A stretch of DNA of 46,626 nucleotides, from positions 1 to 46,626 of the IMG/VR virus record IMGVR_UViG_3300039452_000062. The stretch is one strand, 5' to 3'. The notes beneath the pieces are model-generated. The model was given only the letters and a program-made list of their open reading frames with translations. It was not told the DNA's origin and made no database searches. Position 1 is the first letter of the stretch; each line of letters opens with the position of its first letter. The stretch comes from a virus. The translations under genes were made by a program, and so were the position numbers. Of this stretch, positions 17,488 to 24,415 are shown in pieces.

Positions 17488-18906
17488 TTATAGATTTTCT
17501 GGCTTTGGCTCGGCCATCTCTGGCTGCGCTGGCGGCTCATACGCGGCCAGCGCATCATAATCAAGGTTGAGCGGCACAGTAAACATGCGCTTCATCTCGT
17601 TGATATTGTCAGCCGCCCAGATCAGCACACGGGCGCGGTTCTCGGGATCCATTTGAGGGGCCATTACTTCCACGATGCTCACAACCGTTTTGAGCTTCGT
17701 TTCATCCACCTTGACCAGTTCCGACTCTGGCTCAATCAGCAGCGACGGCCAAATCGCAGTGAAAGCGTTTTTCCAGCTCATGAAGGCGGTCATGTAATCC
17801 ATGCTTCCATATTCGTCTGGATACTTCGCCTGGATGGTCTTGTAGAATTCTTTGTTCCATGCGCGGTACATCACAATATTGTCGAGGAACTGATACAGTG
17901 GGCGCATTTCCTCGCGGATTGTTTGAATGTACTGAGCGACGTTTTTAGCGTCCTCGGTGCCTTCGCCAAAGCCTTCCGCAAAGGTTTCGTTATTCAGCAT
18001 GCTGGCGGGCATATCGGCAGCGGCCGCGCAGTTCTCCAGTACATTCTTGCGCGCCGCAGTCAGCGCGATTTCGCTATTTTTCAGGTCAAGGGTTTCAATC
18101 TTGTCTTCGTGGCCGATGGTTAGGACATTGCCAGTCTTGCCGCGCTGAAGCAGCGTACGCTTGAAGCCCGATACCTTTGCCATCATGTTGTCCACAATGG
18201 ACCCGGCTTGCTTCATCATGGCGATTAGCAGGCCGCCCTTCTGGACCACCATGTCATCCGTCACCATCGACTGAATATAGGTCTTCAGCGGGAACAGAGC
18301 GCGCTGATAGACAGAGCGACCAACGAAACCAAAGGCGGAAGATGTGTAGCTGATGTAAATCGGCTCCTCATTCATCACCGTCACGCTGCGCGAGCGGTGG
18401 TAGGCCTCGCCAGAAACCGCAATGCCGCTGTGCTTTTGGAAATCTGGGGAGTTTGGATTTTGGCTCGTCACCAAGCTACCAGCTGTGTTCAGCGGATCAA
18501 ACACGCTGAAAAACATCTCCAGCGATGCAAAGTCTTTGGGGTCAATGATGTCGCTAGGCTTCTTCCCGACAGCCCCATAGGCCAGCGAGCAGATGCCATA
18601 AACGCGAGACTGGCTCATGGTGCTGAAAATCAGACGATCAGCTCCGATGGCTTCCCATTCCTCATTGAAGGCCTTTTTCACGTCATCTTCCGGCGAGCCA
18701 GGAATGGAAATCTCGCGCTGCTGGCTTTGGGCCTTGCTGACCGGCGCATCCGCCATTTTCTTGCCAAGCGGATGATAGAGATAGATTTGCTTGCATAGCT
18801 CATAGCCAGGGGCGCTGCCAGGTTGGATTCCGTCAGCCTCAAGCATCTTCTGAAGCGACGTGCCAAGCACTGAACCGTTGACATCGATACTGGCGTTTTC
18901 GCTCAT
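17488..18906 (-). CDS. portal protein (DUF1073-type)
   Basis: 472-aa ORF immediately after terL (stop and start adjacent). Size, order and acidic C-terminus are typical of portals. Confidence 0.8.
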   Translation of the reverse strand: MSENASIDVNGSVLGTSLQKMLEADGIQPGSAPGYELCKQIYLYHPLGKKMADAPVSKAQSQQREISIPGSPEDDVKKAFNEEWEAIGADRLIFSTMSQSRVYGICSLAYGAVGKKPSDIIDPKDFASLEMFFSVFDPLNTAGSLVTSQNPNSPDFQKHSGIAVSGEAYHRSRSVTVMNEEPIYISYTSSAFGFVGRSVYQRALFPLKTYIQSMVTDDMVVQKGGLLIAMMKQAGSIVDNMMAKVSGFKRTLLQRGKTGNVLTIGHEDKIETLDLKNSEIALTAARKNVLENCAAAADMPASMLNNETFAEGFGEGTEDAKNVAQYIQTIREEMRPLYQFLDNIVMYRAWNKEFYKTIQAKYPDEYGSMDYMTAFMSWKNAFTAIWPSLLIEPESELVKVDETKLKTVVSIVEVMAPQMDPENRARVLIWAADNINEMKRMFTVPLNLDYDALAAYEPPAQPEMAEPKPENL

Positions 18907-20182
18907 TTAGTAACCCTCGTTATTGCCCAGACCAATTGCGATTCCGTAAGTAAAGGTGTCCAGCAAGTCATCAGCGCGCTTCGCCGCGTCCTTATCTCCG
19001 ATCCTGAACCCCGTCACCTGTGTCATGAGATGGTTTCTTGTCTGGCCTTTAAAGGTGGTCACTTTATCATAGGCACGCTGGGATATCTTGATCTCGCCTC
19101 GGTAGAGATAGCCGGAAACGCTGATGGCGCGCTCATCCTTACCAACCGCAGTCAGTTTGCTGTCGATTGCAGTGGCAGGAAGGCCGCGCCGCGCCGCTTG
19201 CTGCAATAGGATGGTGCCACTAGCCTTGTCCTCAATAAAAGTGCCAGCAGAGCCGTATGTAGCCTTGCATATGCGTGCCATCATTTCCAGATTTTCAAGC
19301 ACGGTGGGGAGCCATGTTTCCAGCAAAGCGCCCTCAATCTGGACAATATCCCAATCGAGAATCACAAGCGGATGGCCGAAGTGCTTTGAGCGCGCCCAGT
19401 AAGTTACAGCGGTGCCGTCATGCTCCTGCCCCGCCTTTACCGCGCTGTCAATCGTGGCATAGACATAATCGACGTTTTCAGGCCAGATAATAGGCTGCCC
19501 ATCCACCAGCAGCTTATCAGCGCTGAAGAATGCCACGCCAGACCAATCAACGAACTCCGCAAGGAATTCCTGACGGAAGACTAACGGGTGATTTCCCTTG
19601 CGCTCCTTCTCCAGTTCATCCAGCGGCACATATGGATTGTTTGCAGTGGGCGCGTGATGCTGCGTGAATCCCAACTCAGCATCATTGCAGGCCTGGAAAA
19701 AGAAGTTCTCGGGGTCGTTCCCGTTTGGCGTAGAGTAGACCCATGCGCTGCCCTTGGTCGTGAGCATCGTGGGCTTGATTGCCTTATCCCAGATGTCGCG
19801 CATGTTCTTTTTCGTGAATGCGGCTTCATCAATATGGACTTCGTGATACTCGCGGCCTCGACCTGCCAGATCATTGTCGTTAAGCGTCCAGAAGTCAATC
19901 TGTCCGCCAGTCGTCACCAGCATGACGCCTTCAGAGCGGTTGAAGGTATCGCGAATTGGGCGCAGAATTCCTTTCAGCTCGCGCCAAGGCTCCGCACCTT
20001 GTCGGTACTCGGGGGTAAAGATGCCGATTTTCTTTTTCTTCACACAACGGTCGGCGGCCATTGTGACCATGAACTTAGTCTTGCCGAAATCGACGGCCAC
20101 ACCGGACCGCATTGTATCGGCCCCGATTCATGAAGATGTCAATTTGCCCTTCGTGCAAATCCGGTAGCGTGATAGTTGGCAT
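18907..20182 (-). CDS. terL: terminase large subunit, reading frame broken near the Walker A codons
   Basis: Track ORF 18907..20112 lacks an N-terminus. An upstream frame (ATG 20182, SD GAGAGGG) reads MPTITLPDLHEGQIDIFMNRGRYNAVRCGRRFRQD-stop. Removing one T of the TTT at 20087-20089 gives ..VRCGRRFGKTKFMV.. (P-loop). Confidence 0.8.
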
Positions 20183-20235
20183 GTTCCCTCTCTGTTGCGA
20201 AATCCTAACACGCTCAGAAATTTCTCAAAATGTGC

Positions 20236-20319
20236 TTTACCGCATGTGATTCTTTATGTATTATCTCTACATGGACGCAGCGCACTGGGCGCGGCGATGG
20301 ATGAGAGGAAGAAATCATG
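20236..20319 (+). promoter_or_regulatory. sigma70-like promoter (TTTACC-N17-TATTAT) plus conserved leader, copy A
   Basis: -35 at 20236-20241 and -10 at 20259-20264. The 68 nt at 20252-20319 match 37054-37121 with 2 mismatches, including the SD GAGAGGAAG and the ATG. Confidence 0.5.
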
Positions 20320-20541
20320 GAAATCAGCGCATCGTATAGCATACAGCGAGGAACCGATAAATGCCAAAAAGGCGTCATGTTTGTTTTTACTGACGGCAGC
20401 GCTATGGAGCGTTTCGTAGGCGGAAAAGAACTTTTCTATACCAAAGCTTCGATCCGTGACCGCCGCACTTTGAACCCAAAACAAAGCGCTAAGCGTATCG
20501 AGGAAATGAAAGCCGCCGCCGCAAAACGTTTCGCCGCCTAA
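20317..20541 (+). CDS. hypothetical protein (74 aa), first ORF of cassette A
   Basis: ATG preceded by AGAGGA at 7 nt. It lies downstream of the conserved promoter/leader. Confidence 0.55.
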   Translation: MEISASYSIQRGTDKCQKGVMFVFTDGSAMERFVGGKELFYTKASIRDRRTLNPKQSAKRIEEMKAAAAKRFAA

Positions 20542-20590
20542 CCCACCCGCGCCCTTCGTGGGCGCTTAACTGAAAGGATTGGATCATGGA
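20541..20590 (+). repeat. conserved intergenic linker 2, copy A (GC hairpin + SD)
   Basis: acccacccgcgcccttcgtgggcgcttaactgaaaggattggatcatgga is nearly identical to 37361-37410. Hairpin GCGCCC-ttcgt-GGGCGC lies at 20549-20565. Confidence 0.7.
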
Positions 20591-20717
20591 ACTTCTCACC
20601 AACATGGCCCCGATGCTGGTCTACAACCTGCTCGACGATGGCTTTGGCAATCTGGTCATCGTGCGCGCAAACAGCTGGGCCGCTGCCTACTACCACGTGC
20701 ATGGCCGCATGATCTGA
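20586..20717 (+). CDS. hypothetical small protein (43 aa)
   Basis: ATG 20586 with AAAGGA 7 nt upstream. Product is MELLTNMAPMLVYNLLDDGFGNLVIVRANSWAAAYYHVHGRMI. It is below the ORF-track size cut-off. Confidence 0.4.
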   Translation: MELLTNMAPMLVYNLLDDGFGNLVIVRANSWAAAYYHVHGRMI

Positions 20718-20718
20718 T

Positions 20719-20775
20719 CCGCCACCCACAGCACCACCCATCGCCGCGCATGACGCGGCTTTGGGGCTGAGAGGG
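20719..20775 (+). repeat. conserved intergenic linker 3, copy A (hairpin GCCGCG-catga-CGCGGC + TTTGG)
   Basis: Matches 37596-37652 almost exactly and 38146-38193 partially. The hairpin is at 20743-20759. Confidence 0.7.
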
Positions 20776-20809
20776 TTTCTCTCATCAAACAACATAGGAG
20801 AATCAAACC

Positions 20810-21103
20810 ATGAGCAAAGAACACCCATTCGTAGGCCTTTACGTGATCGCTCGCTGCTATTCTGCTGGCGTGCATGCTGGTGAGGTTGCCAGCGTGGATG
20901 GCGAGAATGTCATCCTGAAAAATTCGCGCCACCTGTGGAACTGGACGGCCAAGGATGGCGTAGCCCTGTCCGGCGTGGCCCAGCATGGGCTGAAGAAGGG
21001 CGGCAGCAAGCTGGACGTGATTAATCCTGAAATCTACCTGACCGGCGTCTGCGAGCTGATCCCTGTTGCAGACGGTGTGCGCGAGCAAATCCATGGTTAC
21101 TAA
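20810..21103 (+). CDS. conserved small phage protein, unknown function
   Basis: 97 aa with SD AGGAG 8 nt upstream. The pattern VIARCYSAGVHAGEV...VILKNSRHLWNW...GVALSGVAQHG recalls a widespread small phage protein family whose name I cannot give with certainty. Confidence 0.65.
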   Translation: MSKEHPFVGLYVIARCYSAGVHAGEVASVDGENVILKNSRHLWNWTAKDGVALSGVAQHGLKKGGSKLDVINPEIYLTGVCELIPVADGVREQIHGY

Positions 21104-21389
21104 AAAAATCTGGCGCTCCGGCTACGGCTACGGCTACGGCTACGGCGACGGCTCCGGCGACGGCTCCGGCTACGGCTCCGGCTACGGCGACGGCTACGGC
21201 TCCGGCTCCGGCTACGGCTACGGCTACGGCTACGGCTACGGCGACGGCTACGGCTACGGCTCCGGCTCCGGCTACGGCTACGGCTACGGCTACGGCGACG
21301 GCTACGGCTACGGCTCCGGCTACGGCGACGGCTACGGCTCCGGCTCCGGCTCCGGCTACGGCTACGGCTCCGGCTACGGCTACGGCTAA
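21093..21389 (+). CDS. Gly-Tyr-rich low-complexity protein (98 aa): MVTKKIWRS + (Gly-X)44-Gly
   Basis: ATG 21093 lies inside the last 11 nt of the upstream gene. X = 26 Tyr, 12 Ser, 6 Asp. A hairpin with T-tract follows the stop. Coding status is unproven because the tract is open in several frames. Confidence 0.45.
   Translation: MVTKKIWRSGYGYGYGYGDGSGDGSGYGSGYGDGYGSGSGYGYGYGYGYGDGYGYGSGSGYGYGYGYGDGYGYGSGYGDGYGSGSGSGYGYGSGYGYG
21117..21386. repeat. perfect tandem hexanucleotide array, 45 units of GGC-[T/G][A/C]C
   Basis: Only GGCTAC, GGCTCC and GGCGAC occur, uninterrupted over 270 nt. Confidence 0.95.
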
Positions 21390-21412
21390 TCACATCAAAT
21401 TACCTCACCCAT

Positions 21413-21438
21413 AGCCCTGCTAGACAGGGCTTTTATAT
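21413..21438 (+). terminator. intrinsic terminator after the Gly-Tyr ORF
   Basis: AGCCCTG-ctaga-CAGGGCT followed by TTTTATATT. Confidence 0.65.
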
Positions 21439-21470
21439 TGAAACCCTACCTCAACCCGAAAGGAATCGAA

Positions 21471-21956
21471 ATGGCTACTTGGATCGAAGACGCAAACGGA
21501 AACAAATGCAGCGTGGAATATTTTGGCAGCGAAGAGGCTGCGCGTGCGGCGCTGGAATCATTGAAAAATTGCAAATATTGCATTAACTGCTCCGGCTGCT
21601 CCGACTGCTCCGGCTGCTCCTATGTTCGCAATGCCAAGCCAGTTGAAAGCACTTCTGGTGCACCAAAAGTTCCGATCATTGAAGATATTCACAAGAAAGT
21701 CTATGCCGCCGCGACTGCAACTTCAGAATCGCTGGATATGACGACTTGGCACACCTGCGAGATCACACACTGCCGCGCTGGCTGGGTTGTGAATCTGGCT
21801 GGCGAAGAAGGTAAGGCGCTGGAGAACTTTCACAATACTGAGCTGGCCGCGATGCTGATCTACAAGGCAAGCGGCTACGAAATCAGCCCAGTTCAGTTAT
21901 ACCTCAACAATGCCGATGCTTTGCGCGATATGAAGGCTCTGGCCGAAGCTGAATAA
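21471..21956 (+). CDS. Cys-repeat (CxxC)n protein with conserved C-terminal domain, unknown function
   Basis: 161 aa from ATG 21471 (SD AAAGGAA). It contains NCKYCINCSGCSDCSGCS, i.e. six Cys at 3-residue spacing encoded by TGCTCCGGC/TGCTCCGAC 9-mers. The C-terminus includes ..WHTCEITHCRAGWVVNLAGEEG... Confidence 0.65.
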   Translation: MATWIEDANGNKCSVEYFGSEEAARAALESLKNCKYCINCSGCSDCSGCSYVRNAKPVESTSGAPKVPIIEDIHKKVYAAATATSESLDMTTWHTCEITHCRAGWVVNLAGEEGKALENFHNTELAAMLIYKASGYEISPVQLYLNNADALRDMKALAEAE

Positions 21957-21964
21957 GCATCCAC

Positions 21965-21999
21965 GTCCTGCGCCGGTAAAACGCAGGACTTTGGTTGCT
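21965..21999 (+). terminator. intrinsic terminator at the convergent junction
   Basis: GTCCTGCG-9 nt-CGCAGGAC followed by TTTGGTTGCTT. Confidence 0.55.
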
Positions 22000-22005
22000 T
22001 CCCAA

Positions 22006-22191
22006 TCAGGCCACACGTACCGCACTGATAGTGCCATAGGCGGATACCGTGCCCGCGCTGAACGTGGCTTGCGCCACCAGATTCAGCGTGGTATCGGCAC
22101 TCACCGACAAAGTTGCCTGCGACGCCTGACTCACCGTATCGGAAAGCGTGGTGGTGGATAGCGGCAGGAGAAAATATAAGTTACGTCTCAT
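22006..22191 (-). CDS. 61-aa ORF, or frame-shifted C-terminal extension of the SGNH protein
   Basis: ATG 22191 overlaps the SGNH gene end by 11 nt. The ORF is in the +1 frame relative to that gene, across a T5 run at 22191-22195. The beta-rich Ser/Thr/Ala sequence resembles the preceding C-terminus. Confidence 0.3.
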   Translation of the reverse strand: MRRNLYFLLPLSTTTLSDTVSQASQATLSVSADTTLNLVAQATFSAGTVSAYGTISAVRVA

Positions 22192-23743
22192 TTTTAATGA
22201 TCCCCTGACGACCAAATTTCACAGTTAATGCTGTACCAGCCCCATCGAAAGAGCAAGAAAATGACAGTCGAATGTGTCCAGCGGTGCTATGCACAATAGC
22301 TTGCGGCATCTTGATTGGGATGCTGAAATCGTCCGTCCCGAAGATGGCCGAAGACAAGCCACTTCCGGTGAAGACGGTGGAATAGCTATTGATCGACACA
22401 TTATCGTCAATAACCAGAGAAATCTGAAACTGTTTCAGCTTTGAACCGCTCACCCCCGCAAGGGATATGGCACAACGTCCCGTCAACAAGTCATTGACGT
22501 TGGCTTTGCCACTGGTTGAGATATTCTCACCATAAATGGCTAAAGCATCCCCAGAAGCTCCAGCAGTGAATACGCAAACTTGGTCATAACCGAAACCATC
22601 AGCACGTAATGTCGGCGCGCCGGTGCAGGTCGCAGTCGGGCCAGTCGCCACCACTTGCATGTTGGCGCAGACGGTGAGACCGGTGATGGTGGCCGTACTG
22701 CCGCTGGTCGAGCCGCCTGCCGTCGATGCCCAACCGACACTTGTTAGATTGTTGGAGGTACTGGAGTACGCGAAGTTATCTGCATTGGACGAAGGTAGGC
22801 GCGACGGCACCGCAGGGAAAAGTTTTTGCAGTACAGGGCCAAGCGCCGGTGCAATAGCTTGGCGGCATGACCATGGACTTGGATGCAGACCGTCCTTTGT
22901 GTAGTTAGCCTTTGCCTGACCTGCTGGCGAACTTAATGGATCAACATAAAGTGAATATGCGTCCACGTATTCCATACCTGGAGTTACCGCACAGTATGAC
23001 TCCATCAACTTGTTAAATTCCAACTGCTTTACAACATTGGCAGCGCTAAAGATTGCACCCCCGCTGCCAGAGTTCATAAACGGCACTTCCGAGATATGAA
23101 CAATAGGAATACCAGCCGCTTGCAGTACCGCGTAGTTAGCTAAGGTATCGGCGTACATCTGGGCCAGCGTACGAGTATTCAAGTCGTTGACACCAAGCGG
23201 GCCGGCGATATGCAAGTCGGGTTTTTGCGCCACTACGACGGACATATTCGCCAATTGATCTGCAATCTTTGCCCCCGAGAATGCGACATTCTTGATGTTA
23301 CGCAAAGCAGCATTGCAATACAGCGCGTTGGTATATTCAAACCATGCCGCGAAACCGGTGTATTGCTCATTGTAGATTCCGCTTGAACGCCCATTGACGC
23401 TTCCCCATGATGCGGTAGCATCAGGGCGAGCATCAGGATATGTAAAGGTATTCGTACCAGTGCGCGTGATGGTGAACCAGCCGGTGAAGTCGTTCGTGCC
23501 GCCAGCGTCAGCCAAGTTCTCTATGTAGATTTGATTATTCGTGACAAGATTATGCGCTTGCCCGAGATTGGCAGTGACCACACCAGAAGCCCGGACAAAG
23601 GTAGGTGATGTCGTACCCATCGCATATTCTTGTAAGCGAGTACGAGAATCCCCGCTCATGGTAATACGCCTGCTACGATTAGCGATCAAATTTGCTTGAC
23701 GGTTGCCGTATGGCGCGCCCGGGGGGGTATTAGGTGCTGTCAT
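22181..23743 (-). CDS. SGNH/GDSL-family hydrolase with beta-rich C-terminal domain
   Basis: 520 aa. Block I is ITMSGDSRT, block III GPLGVNDL and block V KDGLHPS (DxxH). Confidence 0.8.
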   Translation of the reverse strand: MTAPNTPPGAPYGNRQANLIANRSRRITMSGDSRTRLQEYAMGTTSPTFVRASGVVTANLGQAHNLVTNNQIYIENLADAGGTNDFTGWFTITRTGTNTFTYPDARPDATASWGSVNGRSSGIYNEQYTGFAAWFEYTNALYCNAALRNIKNVAFSGAKIADQLANMSVVVAQKPDLHIAGPLGVNDLNTRTLAQMYADTLANYAVLQAAGIPIVHISEVPFMNSGSGGAIFSAANVVKQLEFNKLMESYCAVTPGMEYVDAYSLYVDPLSSPAGQAKANYTKDGLHPSPWSCRQAIAPALGPVLQKLFPAVPSRLPSSNADNFAYSSTSNNLTSVGWASTAGGSTSGSTATITGLTVCANMQVVATGPTATCTGAPTLRADGFGYDQVCVFTAGASGDALAIYGENISTSGKANVNDLLTGRCAISLAGVSGSKLKQFQISLVIDDNVSINSYSTVFTGSGLSSAIFGTDDFSIPIKMPQAIVHSTAGHIRLSFSCSFDGAGTALTVKFGRQGIIKNET

Positions 23744-23744
23744 T

Positions 23745-24407
23745 TTAGTTTGCCGCGTAGCAGATGAAGTCGGTGATCGAAAGGTTACCGTTTGCCGTCA
23801 TGATGTCGAGCTGATTCAGATTGGTTATAGCCAACCCCGGTAACGGCTGCCCGGGGTTTAGTTGCCAGCCAGTACCAGTTCCGTCATTCTTGTTTGTCAG
23901 AGTTCCGTGATAACCGCACATAATCACTCCGGCATTAGTTGTGCTGGCGATGAGGGTTGCGCCGTTGACTAATGCCACGCTTGGCAACTGGGTTGGCGTC
24001 GAACCCGCGACTACCTGCCCAATGTTTGGTACGGCCTGTGGGTTGGTCTTGGTCAGCAGTCTCTTGAGTAGAGCAATCAGGCTGAACGTGCCGGTGTCCG
24101 ACGTCGCAGCTGCATCAGCTTTAGCACCTTGCGTCACATTAGCACCATCCGCGACGGTGGTAGCCACATTGCCGCCAACAGCATATGGACGCGGATTACT
24201 TCCAACAGTATAGGCCGTGCCTGCTGGGACCAGATAGGCAGTAAATACTGGCGGCGTCGCGCCATTGTCGCGATAAACGAATTGCGCGCCGGTGTCGTCG
24301 GTATAGAGCAAATCTTGAACGCCCGTGCCGCCCCCGCCTCCACCGCTCACCACACGAACCGGAATCGCGCCAGAATCAAGCGTTTGATTATTGTTAAAGT
24401 CAGACAT
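23745..24407 (-). CDS. hypothetical protein (220 aa), Gly-run near N-terminus
   Basis: ORF packed between terS and the SGNH gene. No motif was recognised. Confidence 0.6.
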   Translation of the reverse strand: MSDFNNNQTLDSGAIPVRVVSGGGGGGTGVQDLLYTDDTGAQFVYRDNGATPPVFTAYLVPAGTAYTVGSNPRPYAVGGNVATTVADGANVTQGAKADAAATSDTGTFSLIALLKRLLTKTNPQAVPNIGQVVAGSTPTQLPSVALVNGATLIASTTNAGVIMCGYHGTLTNKNDGTGTGWQLNPGQPLPGLAITNLNQLDIMTANGNLSITDFICYAAN

Positions 24408-24415
24408 TTTAATCC

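Noticed and set aside
20195-20484. ORFs overlapping the conserved leader, with shared peptide ends ..SSIAAPSALRPCR(D/N)NT (also at 37056..37367)
   Set aside because: The peptide similarity simply mirrors the duplicated non-coding DNA. The frames diverge or stop outside the 68-nt identity: the plus-strand upstream ATG frame runs 41 codons in copy A but only 7 in copy B.
20755-20780. Linker 3 tail (TTTGGxGCTGAGAGGG) as a sigma54 promoter
   Set aside because: A GC dinucleotide is not found at the required 10-nt spacing from the GG. There is no match to TGGCAC-N5-TTGC.
21117-21386. Repeat array as a CRISPR locus
   Set aside because: The 6-nt units are contiguous, with no spacers. No cas genes or leader are present.
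21100-21393. Minus-strand (Arg-Ser)n ORF across the hexamer array
   Set aside because: Any frame of the repeat is open. The flanking genes, the start-stop coupling and the downstream terminator are all on the plus strand. It cannot be formally excluded without expression data.
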